Positions 28,207 through 37,022 of a DNA stretch of 64,000 nucleotides are shown here, one piece after another. Numbering within the stretch: the first letter of the stretch is position 1; each line of letters begins with the position of its first letter. The position numbers were made by a program, and so were the translations under genes. Origin of the DNA: Candidatus Omnitrophota bacterium (GTDB lineage Bacteria; Omnitrophota; Gorgyraeia; Zapsychrales; Fredricksoniimonadaceae); assembly GCA_015233145.1 (NCBI GenBank), contig JADFYI010000004.1, forward strand, positions 68,821 to 132,820, in the 5' to 3' direction. The notes under the pieces are model-generated. The model had not been told where the DNA came from. It saw nothing but the letters and a program-made list of their open reading frames with translations, and searched no databases.

Positions 28207-28905
28207 CTATTTGCGTCTCATTTTTCGCTGCTTCTTGAATTTCTTGTATTTGTACTTTAATTTATGATGCAATGGAGCGTTAACCTTACCGTGACCGGAA
28301 TTAATGACAAATAAAAGCCCCCGGTCGGTCCGCTCTCCCTCCGCGGACTTATCTTTAAAATGATAACAAGGATGCCCGGCCTTTCTCACAATCGCTTCAA
28401 TCTTCAAAAGATTGGAAAACATCGGATTATTGGTGTCATGAAAGAAAATAAACGCATCTTTCTTCGCAACCCTGAAAATCTTATCAATAAAGAAATACAT
28501 GTTGACATGATCCCCGTCAGAAATAATAAAGTCGTACCTGCCGCTATCCTGCCGGACAAGAAAACTCTCCTCTTCCTCTATGACGATGCGGCCGCCACCG
28601 GACTCAATGCTGTCGAAATGAGGAGGCCGAACTCCCTTCCAATCCCAAAGGCTGTCTACGGACGTTAAAGTTCCCCTACGATTGGTGCGAATAGCAGCTA
28701 AAAGCATTTGCGATACAAACCCGCTTCCGATTCCTAATTCCAGAATATTGTGAGGTTTTCTAGACAAAAGCGAACCCAGAATAAAGAAATCATGGGCAAT
28801 ATCTATAGCCACATCACTTTGCCACGGATAGGCCTTAAACTGCTCCAGTAATACGTTGACGTCTTGCAGCATCTCCTGCCTCCTCATAAACCTTGAGACT
28901 CTCAC
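28207..28905 (-). CDS. class I SAM-dependent (O-)methyltransferase-like protein
   Basis: ILELGIGSGFVS motif I and FIISDGDH. Strongly basic C-terminal tail KYKYKKFKKQRKMRRK. Start uncertain (alternative Met codons at 28887 and 28872). Confidence 0.6.
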   Translation of the reverse strand: MRVSRFMRRQEMLQDVNVLLEQFKAYPWQSDVAIDIAHDFFILGSLLSRKPHNILELGIGSGFVSQMLLAAIRTNRRGTLTSVDSLWDWKGVRPPHFDSIESGGGRIVIEEEESFLVRQDSGRYDFIISDGDHVNMYFFIDKIFRVAKKDAFIFFHDTNNPMFSNLLKIEAIVRKAGHPCYHFKDKSAEGERTDRGLLFVINSGHGKVNAPLHHKLKYKYKKFKKQRKMRRK

Positions 28906-28985
28906 CGTGCATCTTGTTCAAAAAAAATTATCAGAACGATCTACCGTCTTTTAATTATGATTTAAAACCTCAAATACCGAGGGCT

Positions 28986-30131
28986 CTAGTATTCGTACTG
29001 TATGGATTTCGGCGGCCTGGGATTGAGAATTTTATCGTAAATGTCCAGCGTTTCGCGGGCGTTCTTTTGGAAAGAAAATTCCTTGGCACGGACCATTCCC
29101 CGTCTCACCAAATCCGCGCGAAATGGGCCATCGGTCAGGATCTTTTTGATGCTTGCGGCAATCTCAGAAGGAGAATGGGGATCAATGGTAAGAGCGCCGC
29201 CGCCAGCAATCTCCCCCAGACAGGATACCCGGGAGGTGACCACAGCAGTCCCGCACGACATGGCCTCCACAACAGGAAACCCAAACCCTTCATAAAGGGA
29301 TGGATAAACAAAAACATCGGCCAGATTGTAAAGGCACCTTAATTCATCATCGCTGAGATATCCGGCCAGGATCACGTCATTTTGAATGCCAAGCGTTGTA
29401 ATATCAGCATGGACAGCCTCGGCCATCCAGCCTTTCATGCCAGCAACCACAAGCTTGCCCTCATAGCTGCCGGAAGATTTTAACGAAGAAAACGCGCGAA
29501 AGAGGCTGGACAGATTTTTCCTCGGCTCAATAGTCCCGACAAAAAGCAGAAAACGGTCTTTAATGCCAAGCGCCCGCAAACGGTCCTGGGCCGAAGAAAG
29601 CTCCCCGCCGTGGATATGATAAAATTTTTTATGATCAATGCCGTTATAAACCACCTTTGTCCGGCCTTTGGTCTCCGGGAAAAAACGTTCCAGGTCATTG
29701 CGCGTTGCCTCTGAACCGCAAATAAGCACTGTGGCCCGCTCAACAGCGCTTTTCATGGCAGCCTCGGAAAGGGCGATCGTTTCAGGCGTATGGGTTTCAG
29801 GGAAAATCTTGTAAACAAGGTCATGGATCGTGACAATAACTTTTTTAGCGCCGCTTTGAATCACTTCAGGGGTGGGGCTATGGTAAAGGTCACTCCGGCC
29901 GACAGTAAAGTCCACGCCAAGCCCCAAGGCATCCATCTTGACCTTGAAATTCTTTGCTGAAAATTGCGGCAAAGAGCGTTTGGGATCAACGATATTCTTT
30001 CGGCAGTAAAGGCTATATTCATTGTTCTGGTCAATAAAGGAAAGGTTCTCAACAAGATTCCTGGCATAGCGCCCGATCCCGGCGGGTTTAAGGCTTAAAA
30101 AGGAGCGGCAATTAATGGTTATACGATGCAT
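28986..30131 (-). CDS. GT4 glycosyltransferase
   Basis: YPSLYEGFGFPVVEAMSCGTAVVTS (EX7E). ATG 30131 chosen over the GTG at 30143. Confidence 0.8.
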   Translation of the reverse strand: MHRITINCRSFLSLKPAGIGRYARNLVENLSFIDQNNEYSLYCRKNIVDPKRSLPQFSAKNFKVKMDALGLGVDFTVGRSDLYHSPTPEVIQSGAKKVIVTIHDLVYKIFPETHTPETIALSEAAMKSAVERATVLICGSEATRNDLERFFPETKGRTKVVYNGIDHKKFYHIHGGELSSAQDRLRALGIKDRFLLFVGTIEPRKNLSSLFRAFSSLKSSGSYEGKLVVAGMKGWMAEAVHADITTLGIQNDVILAGYLSDDELRCLYNLADVFVYPSLYEGFGFPVVEAMSCGTAVVTSRVSCLGEIAGGGALTIDPHSPSEIAASIKKILTDGPFRADLVRRGMVRAKEFSFQKNARETLDIYDKILNPRPPKSIQYEY

Positions 30132-30152
30132 AGAATTTTCCACCGTAAAATT

Positions 30153-31931
30153 TTACTGGTTAAAATGATAACTCGCCAGCCGCGAGTACAATTCTGAAGA
30201 ATTTAAAAGCTCCTCGTGAACGCCTTTTTGGACAATTTCACCGTTCTCCAAAACCAGTATGCAGTTAGCATGCCGGATGGTTGACAACCGGTGCGCAATG
30301 ACAATAACTGTCCGGTCTTTCATAAGGTTATCAAGGGCCGCCTGCACAAGATACTCAGACTCCGCATCAAGCGCGGAAGTGGCCTCATCCAAAAGAAGAA
30401 TCTTGGGGTTCTTTAAAATAGCCCTGGCAATGCAAAGCCTCTGCTTCTGCCCTCCGGAAAGTTTAAAACCCCTGTCGCCGATAACGGTATCAAGCCCTTT
30501 CGGCATTTTCTCAATAAATTCAAGGGCGAGCGCCTGGCGCGCGGCATCAAAAATCTCTTCATCCGTGGCGTCAAGCTTGCCGTACTGCAGGTTCGCCCGG
30601 ATCGTCTCATTAAAAAGAATCATGTCCTGTGTCACAAGGCCAATATGACTGCGCAAAGACAACAGCGTCACACCCTTGATGTCCTGGCTGTCAAAAAGGA
30701 TCCTTCCCTTGTCAGGGTCATAAAAACGAAGGATCATGTTAATAATCGTGGTTTTCCCGCATCCCGTCGGCCCCACAAGGGCCGTGGTTTTCCCGATTTC
30801 AAAATCATGGGAAAAATCCTTGATAATCCAGCGCTCTTCATCCTTGTTATAACGGAAGGAAATGTTTTCAAAACAAATGCTTTTCTTAGGTAAGACACAT
30901 TCTTTGGCATCAGGGGCATCAACAATTTTTAGTTTCCAGTCCAAGATAGCGTAAATGCGTTTGGATGACGCCAGGGCCTGCTGAATAATGCCGTACACGG
31001 CTGTTAATTTCTTGATGGGGCGGAAAATGCTGATCAGCGCGGCCACATATACGCCAAAAACGCCGAACGAAATGCTCCCTGACATCACACGCTTTCCGCC
31101 AAGCCAGAGCACCAGAACAAAGGCAATCGCCTGCATGACTTCTGAAGACGGGGAAAGCAAAAGCGCTCTTTTGTTGGCCTTCAAGAACGCGTGATAATAC
31201 CTCAAATTGGCCGTATCAAACCTTGTCATCTCATGGGTCTCACGCGAAAAGGCTTTAACAACTGATACGCCCTGGCTCGCCTCAGCCAAAACTGAATTAA
31301 GGTCGGCCATGGATTCCTGGGAATGGATGGACTGTTTCTTGACGGTTTTTCCGATCACGTGGATCAAAAGCCCGATGAGCGGCAGGGTTGCCAGGATCAC
31401 CAGGGTCATCCGCCAGTCAATGGAAAGCGCCACAACCGCAAAAAATATCGCGAGAAGCGTCTGATAAACAACATCCGTAATGCCATACGATATGGAATGG
31501 CCTAAAAAAGGCACGTCGTGCGTCACGCGCGACATAAGCTCGCCCTGGCGTTTCTGGCTGTAGAAATCATGGGAAAGTTTCTGATAATGCGCAAAAAGAT
31601 CCGAGCGAACGTCGGCAACTGTTTTTTGCGCCACAACGTTCATAAAATACCCCTGCATATAAAAGACAATCCCTTTAAGGATATAAAAGACAGGCGTAAA
31701 ACATATGATCCCGTAAAAAAGGGTCTGACGGTCAATGGTATTCACCCGCCCCGCCAAATCCATGACCCAGGGCGGCATCCCCGATGGAAGGACAATGAGC
31801 TTGTTGGTAAAAATACGGTCCACAATAGGCCCGATCGCGCCAAACTGCCCGCCCTCAAAAAGGGTTGAAAAAAGCATGCAGCCAATACCCAAAAAAAGAT
31901 ACTTCAGGTTGCGCCGCGACAAACTGATCAT
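30153..31931 (-). CDS. ABC exporter, fused permease/ATPase (MsbA/PglK-like)
   Basis: 592 aa. Six hydrophobic segments, then GPTGCGKTT, LSGGQKQR and ILLLDEATS. Confidence 0.85.
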   Translation of the reverse strand: MISLSRRNLKYLFLGIGCMLFSTLFEGGQFGAIGPIVDRIFTNKLIVLPSGMPPWVMDLAGRVNTIDRQTLFYGIICFTPVFYILKGIVFYMQGYFMNVVAQKTVADVRSDLFAHYQKLSHDFYSQKRQGELMSRVTHDVPFLGHSISYGITDVVYQTLLAIFFAVVALSIDWRMTLVILATLPLIGLLIHVIGKTVKKQSIHSQESMADLNSVLAEASQGVSVVKAFSRETHEMTRFDTANLRYYHAFLKANKRALLLSPSSEVMQAIAFVLVLWLGGKRVMSGSISFGVFGVYVAALISIFRPIKKLTAVYGIIQQALASSKRIYAILDWKLKIVDAPDAKECVLPKKSICFENISFRYNKDEERWIIKDFSHDFEIGKTTALVGPTGCGKTTIINMILRFYDPDKGRILFDSQDIKGVTLLSLRSHIGLVTQDMILFNETIRANLQYGKLDATDEEIFDAARQALALEFIEKMPKGLDTVIGDRGFKLSGGQKQRLCIARAILKNPKILLLDEATSALDAESEYLVQAALDNLMKDRTVIVIAHRLSTIRHANCILVLENGEIVQKGVHEELLNSSELYSRLASYHFNQ

Positions 31932-31944
31932 GCGAAAATATTCT

Positions 31945-33123
31945 TTAATAGGAAGCCCCTTTGCTCTTTAAGAATTTTTGAACAACCTCAACCACATAAT
32001 CCAACTGCGACGGCTCAATGTCCTGGTGAATCCCGATATGCGTGCCGTGATTGCTGCAATACTCCGCCTCTGGAAAGTCGCCGAGCTTATACCCCAAAAA
32101 GGCATAGCTCGGACACTGGGTTGGCATGGCATAAAAAAGATTGCGCGAATCCACACCCTGGCTTTCAATGAAGGTCACAAATTCATCTTTTGTAAAATTA
32201 AGGCCTTCACGCAAAATCATGGAAAAAGCGTGCGGCCCGAGTTTTTCGTAAGGCTCTTGTTTCAGCGTAATAAAATATTTATCGAAAAGGCGGAATTTAT
32301 CGATCAGGTACAACATATTCCGACGGCGTTTTGCAAGGATGTCTGCGAAGATTTCAATGTTCCCGAGCCCGACAGCGGCTTCGATTTCATTCATCTTAGC
32401 GGAAAATCCAATGCGTTCAAAGGTAAATTTGCCTGTCATGCCGTGGTTGCGCAAAGACCGAAGGGCATCTGCTGTTTTTTCGCAATTGGTGATAATCATG
32501 CCGCCCTCGATCGTGGTCACGATATGCGCGGCATAAAGGCTGAAACAGGCCGTATCGCCCATCGCGCCGATCTTTTGCCCCTTATACTCTGCGCCGTGCG
32601 CTTCGGCCGCATCTTCAATCACTTTCAAATTGTGCTTTCTGGCAATACTTAAAATTTTATCCATTTCCGCGGGCTTGCCCATAAGGTGGACCGGCATAAT
32701 GGCACGGGTACGCTTTGTGATTTTTTCCTCAATTTTGTCCGGGTCAATATTCAAAGTGTCACGCTTGACGTCCACAAAGACCGGTGTAAGCCCGGCCTGA
32801 AAAACAGCGTTGCCGGTGGCCACAAACGAGAGCGCCGGAATAATGACCTCATCCCCGCGCCTGGCGCCAAAATCATAAAGCGCGGCGCATGCCAAAGCAT
32901 CCGCGTCGGTGCCGCTCGAAACCGCAACCCCGTATTTGACACCAAAGAGAGCCGCGAATTTGTCTTCAAACTCTTTAACGTATTTGCCCTTGGTCACCCA
33001 TTTTGTTTCAAGGGCCTCGTCAATAAGCTTGCGCGCCTTGGGCGTGATGGAAACCGTTCCAAAGGGGACTTTATAGCCTGATTTCCTGAATTCCTGGCCT
33101 GCTGATATTGTCATACGCTTCAC
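31945..33123 (-). CDS. DegT-fold PMP-dependent sugar 3-dehydratase candidate (ColD/E1-like, His replaces the PLP lysine)
   Basis: 392 aa. CFSLYAAHIVTTIEGG aligns with SFHPVK (pseC) and SFYPTK (21286 gene). His200 is codon CAT, the rc of 32524-32526. 4-nt overlap with the hddC-like gene. Confidence 0.55.
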   Translation of the reverse strand: MKRMTISAGQEFRKSGYKVPFGTVSITPKARKLIDEALETKWVTKGKYVKEFEDKFAALFGVKYGVAVSSGTDADALACAALYDFGARRGDEVIIPALSFVATGNAVFQAGLTPVFVDVKRDTLNIDPDKIEEKITKRTRAIMPVHLMGKPAEMDKILSIARKHNLKVIEDAAEAHGAEYKGQKIGAMGDTACFSLYAAHIVTTIEGGMIITNCEKTADALRSLRNHGMTGKFTFERIGFSAKMNEIEAAVGLGNIEIFADILAKRRRNMLYLIDKFRLFDKYFITLKQEPYEKLGPHAFSMILREGLNFTKDEFVTFIESQGVDSRNLFYAMPTQCPSYAFLGYKLGDFPEAEYCSNHGTHIGIHQDIEPSQLDYVVEVVQKFLKSKGASY

Positions 33124-33821
33124 TCAATCATTTCATTTAAATGTTTCTTGGCCCACTCAAATCGTTCGGGTGTTCCGATATCAATAAAAGGGGCATCCAC
33201 CTTATGACAAAAAAACCTATTGCCGATCAGCTTTGGAAAAAAGTCATACTCAATGGAAAATTTTGTGGGCGGCATCATATCAAAAACGCTTTTATTGAAA
33301 CAATAAACGCCGGCGCTGATATACTGCACGTCTTTTGTGACAAACTTTTCCTTAAACGCCGTGATTTCCTCTTTGTCGTTGGTGAGAATTGTCCCGAAAT
33401 CCTTGTTGCCTTCAATGCGCACACCGACCAACGTGGCAAGGGCATTTTTGGCCTGATGCCCACGCAAAAGCTCCTGATAATTGACGGGTGTAAAGCAATC
33501 ACCGTTCAGGCCAAACACGTAAGGTTTCTTGACGAGAGGCGCGGCATTCTTTAATGCGCCGCCGGTCCCCAAAGGCTCACGTTCAATCGAAAGATGCAGT
33601 TCAATATTCTTAAATTTTTCCTTATAATACGCCTCAAACGCCTCGGCCTTATACCCGGCACAAAGGATAATGCGCGCCGCGCCCTGTTTTATGAGGTAGC
33701 GAATCAGGAAGTCCAGGAAAGGCTCACCCTGCACAGAGGCCATCACCTTGGGCGTTTCACCCGTGACAGACCGAAGGCGCGTCCCCAGCCCTCCACACAA
33801 AATTAGAAAATCAGCATCCAT
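33120..33821 (-). CDS. hddC: sugar-1-phosphate nucleotidyltransferase, HddC-like (heptose-1-P guanylyltransferase candidate)
   Basis: LILCGGLGTRLR nucleotidyltransferase signature, 233 aa, adjacent to the GHMP heptose kinase-like gene. Confidence 0.55.
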   Translation of the reverse strand: MDADFLILCGGLGTRLRSVTGETPKVMASVQGEPFLDFLIRYLIKQGAARIILCAGYKAEAFEAYYKEKFKNIELHLSIEREPLGTGGALKNAAPLVKKPYVFGLNGDCFTPVNYQELLRGHQAKNALATLVGVRIEGNKDFGTILTNDKEEITAFKEKFVTKDVQYISAGVYCFNKSVFDMMPPTKFSIEYDFFPKLIGNRFFCHKVDAPFIDIGTPERFEWAKKHLNEMIE

Positions 33822-33826
33822 AAGTT

Positions 33827-34825
33827 TTACGCAACGACTCCGCTGTTAGGTTGATAAAAAATAATCTGGCTCCCCAGGGTTTCAAAATGGAACGGGATTT
33901 CCAAAAGCCCTTTTAACGCGCTTCTGACCAACGGCTTTTTTTCAGGCTCGGCATAAATCAGGATAAACCCGCCGCCGCCAGCGCCTAAAAGTTTTCCGCC
34001 CAAAGCCCCGGCCTTGAGGGCCTTGTCATAAATATCATCAATATAGGATGTCGTGATCTTGTCGGAAAGCGTGCGCTTGATCTGCCAGCTTTCACCAAGG
34101 AGCTTCCCAAAACGCAGGAGATCATTCGCGTTTAAGGCGCTGAGCGCCTGCGTCACCAAATGATACATGGCCGCAAGTTCCTGCTTTTTATTGGGAATAT
34201 TCTGTATTTGATGGACCGCAATCTGCGAGGCCGTACGCGCGAACCCGGTAAAAAAAATCATCATATGGTCTTGAAGCGCGGTTATCCTCTCTTTGGAAAG
34301 CGTGACAGGCCGCACGCCCAGCTGGCCGTCCCTGCCGAATTCAATATAATTCAACCCGCCATACGCGGCCAAAGCCTGGTCCTGGCAGCCGACATTTTCC
34401 TTGATCATGTTTTGTTCAATATGGATCGCTTCGCGAGCCATTTGCTCTTTGGTGGCCATGGTGCCTTTAAGCGCGTAAAGCGAATTCAAAAGGCCCACTG
34501 TAAACGAGGAACTCGAGCCCAGGCCCGCACGGGCCGGCAAATCACCATCGTGATGAATCTCAATGCCCTGGTGGATATTGAGAAACCGCAGAGTTTCACG
34601 CACCGATGGATGGTCAATCTCATCGACATTCTGGACATGCTCCATTTTGGAATAAATAATGCGCGATTTATGGTCAAAAAAAGGAGGAAGATAACGCGCC
34701 GTGATATAGCAATATTTGTCAATCGTTGTGGCCAAAACCGCGCCCGGGTTGTCATGAAACCACTGGGGATAATCGGTTCCTCCGCCAAAAAAAGACACAC
34801 GAAACGGGGTGCGGCTGATAATCAT
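33827..34825 (-). CDS. hddA: GHMP kinase, HddA-like (D-glycero-alpha-D-manno-heptose-7-P kinase candidate)
   Basis: SRTPFRVSFFGGGTDYP and GDLPARAGLGSSSSF (GHMP motif II). Confidence 0.6.
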   Translation of the reverse strand: MIISRTPFRVSFFGGGTDYPQWFHDNPGAVLATTIDKYCYITARYLPPFFDHKSRIIYSKMEHVQNVDEIDHPSVRETLRFLNIHQGIEIHHDGDLPARAGLGSSSSFTVGLLNSLYALKGTMATKEQMAREAIHIEQNMIKENVGCQDQALAAYGGLNYIEFGRDGQLGVRPVTLSKERITALQDHMMIFFTGFARTASQIAVHQIQNIPNKKQELAAMYHLVTQALSALNANDLLRFGKLLGESWQIKRTLSDKITTSYIDDIYDKALKAGALGGKLLGAGGGGFILIYAEPEKKPLVRSALKGLLEIPFHFETLGSQIIFYQPNSGVVA

Positions 34826-36066
34826 ACCTTCTCCCTTATTTTGACCTTAAGCATATCTTGGATCTCATCCACGACAACGCTTCCAAATTTTGAACCCATG
34901 AAAGACAAATACTTTCCATCCGAATAATATTCGTTAAAGGCATTGTCCCGAAACCGCAGCACGTCCAATCCGCTGAGATGCTTTGTCGGCACGGGCTTGA
35001 AACGCGGACTCATTTGTGAAAACTCCTCCCCTGTCTGGGGCATGTCAATCCCGCGGGATTTCATGTCTTCATAAAGCTGGCTTCCGGGATATGCGGTCAC
35101 GCAATAAAAGTTAGAATACTCGCACAAAAGTTCACGGCTCAGGTCAAAGGTGGCGCGCATGGTATCCAAATTGTCATCCCAGAATCCAAACATGTAATTA
35201 CCAATAATATGGATGCCCGCGTCTTTTGTCATCCTGATGACATCACGGATTTTCGCATTATCAAAACGGCCTTTCATAATATCTTTGCGGATATTCTCAT
35301 CACCGGATTCAATGCCATAGGCCAGCCATAAAATACCGGCGGAACGCAGCTTCTTTAAAAGCGCAGCATCAACCGTATCTATCCGCGCGTAGGCCCAAAT
35401 ATTGATCTCGCTCCCCAGTCCGCTTGCTTTTAAAAGCTCTAAAACAGCATGGACGCCCTTGTTATTGATCGCAAAAAGCTCATCCATCATCTTGAAATTG
35501 GTAATCCCCTTGTCAACAAGCCCGCGGACATCATCAAGAAGCAGGCGCGGTTCCCGCTGAGTATAGTCTGACCTGTAAAAATCTTTCACGCAACAAAACT
35601 CACAGGAAAACGGGCACGAAATACTTGAAAAGACAGCGCCGTAAGACTTGTCTTTCCGGCCCCACGAGTGCCAGTTATGCGCGCGATAAGACTTAACCGG
35701 CACCAGGCTCCAGTCCGGCGGGGCCATCTCAACAGGATTAAACACAAGGTGGTTATAAACATCCACCGGAAGCCTTAACGCGGTCACAATAAGATTACGC
35801 AGGTTTTCAGCAGCCTCGGTCTGCTGGATATGAGCCGAAGGATGCGAACCAATGGCCAAAACCACCACACGCTCCGCCGCCAGTTCCTTAAGCCGCACAA
35901 GCAATCCCGCGCCGTCAAGGCCTTCGGCCTCCATATCCACTATTTTTGCGCCTGGAAACTTCTGGGCAAAAAGCACAAGCCAGATCGGCGGCTCAATGGC
36001 GGAAAGATGCACCACCCGGCCGTACTGCTTTCTTTTCTCATTAGGTTTTACCAAAACAACAGACAT
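34822..36066 (-). CDS. B12-binding (class B) radical SAM enzyme
   Basis: The N-terminal about 110 aa resemble a cobalamin-binding Rossmann-like domain. Followed by SSISCPFSCEFCCV (CxxxCxxC), 414 aa in total. Confidence 0.7.
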   Translation of the reverse strand: MSVVLVKPNEKRKQYGRVVHLSAIEPPIWLVLFAQKFPGAKIVDMEAEGLDGAGLLVRLKELAAERVVVLAIGSHPSAHIQQTEAAENLRNLIVTALRLPVDVYNHLVFNPVEMAPPDWSLVPVKSYRAHNWHSWGRKDKSYGAVFSSISCPFSCEFCCVKDFYRSDYTQREPRLLLDDVRGLVDKGITNFKMMDELFAINNKGVHAVLELLKASGLGSEINIWAYARIDTVDAALLKKLRSAGILWLAYGIESGDENIRKDIMKGRFDNAKIRDVIRMTKDAGIHIIGNYMFGFWDDNLDTMRATFDLSRELLCEYSNFYCVTAYPGSQLYEDMKSRGIDMPQTGEEFSQMSPRFKPVPTKHLSGLDVLRFRDNAFNEYYSDGKYLSFMGSKFGSVVVDEIQDMLKVKIREKV

Positions 36067-36072
36067 AATATT

Positions 36073-37005
36073 TTAAACATTAGCGTACTGATTGCGTTTT
36101 AAAATTTGATAAGTCTTTACCAATTCCCTGATTCCAGAAGATAACGACATGTCCGGCTTAAACCCTGTCTTTTCAATTTTGTCATTGGAAACGATATAAT
36201 CACGCTTATCCGGGTCTTCGCCGACAGCCGCTTCCACGAAATAAAAATCCGGGATCTGCTTTTTGATCTCTTCGCACAGTTCCTTTTTGCTCAAATTGGC
36301 ATCGCTTAACCCCACGTTATAAGGCTCGTTTTTCATCTTTTCAAAATTGTTCAAAGAATGGATAAAGGCCTTGGCCACATCGCGCGTGTGGATAAAATTA
36401 CGCTTGAAATGCGCCTCAAAAAGGATCACAAAACGGTCATACACCGCGCGGTAAACAAAATCATTGACCAACAAATCAAGCCTCATGCGCGGGCTTGCGC
36501 CAAAAGCCGTGGCCAGGCGCAGGGTAATGCCGTGTCCGCTGTCCAATACAATTTTCTCCGCGTCACACTTGAGCCTCCCATAGACAGAAATCGGCCTTAA
36601 CGGCGTTTCCTCTGTGCAAAATTTCCCCTTTTCACCGACACCGTATCCGCTGTTGGTCGTCGGAAAAATAACCGGCTGGCTCTTTGAGGAAAAATCGACA
36701 GCCATTTTGATGGCATCCACAAGGATCGTTTGCGCGGCAATAGGGTCTTTGGCGCATAAAGGAGCACCCGTAAGACAGGCCAAAGGGAAAAGCGCATCAG
36801 ACTCTTTAACGAGCTTTTCAACAATTTTCTTATCCCTGGCATCACCCCGCACAATCGTCAGTTTCGGGTTGTGGCAAATATCCAAAAGCGGCGTCTGGTT
36901 ATACATAAAATTATCCAAAACCGCAACCTCATGCCCGGCGTCCAAAAGGCGAGGCACCATCACAGACCCCAAATAACCGGCGCCGCCTGTCACTAAAATC
37001 TTCAT
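36073..37005 (-). CDS. NAD-dependent extended SDR epimerase/dehydratase/reductase
   Basis: ILVTGGAGYLGS and YGRLK (YxxxK). Confidence 0.75.
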   Translation of the reverse strand: MKILVTGGAGYLGSVMVPRLLDAGHEVAVLDNFMYNQTPLLDICHNPKLTIVRGDARDKKIVEKLVKESDALFPLACLTGAPLCAKDPIAAQTILVDAIKMAVDFSSKSQPVIFPTTNSGYGVGEKGKFCTEETPLRPISVYGRLKCDAEKIVLDSGHGITLRLATAFGASPRMRLDLLVNDFVYRAVYDRFVILFEAHFKRNFIHTRDVAKAFIHSLNNFEKMKNEPYNVGLSDANLSKKELCEEIKKQIPDFYFVEAAVGEDPDKRDYIVSNDKIEKTGFKPDMSLSSGIRELVKTYQILKRNQYANV

Positions 37006-37022
37006 CTCCCACTCCTTTTAAG

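Noticed and set aside
28906-28985. The CCTC-N7-GAGG hairpin plus TTTT in the 80-nt gap after the GT4 gene, as an internal terminator.
   Set aside because: A 4-bp stem is too weak to call, and no convincing promoter follows it.
34160-34927. Long plus-strand ORFs: 255 aa here, plus 42910-43686 (258 aa), 50663-51454 (263 aa), 31978-32652 (224 aa), 24995-25627 (210 aa) and 21721-22299 (192 aa).
   Set aside because: Each lies entirely antisense to a minus-strand gene with clear family motifs. Their translations are low-complexity and Arg/His/Ile-rich, with no motifs and no Shine-Dalgarno context. They are shadow ORFs.
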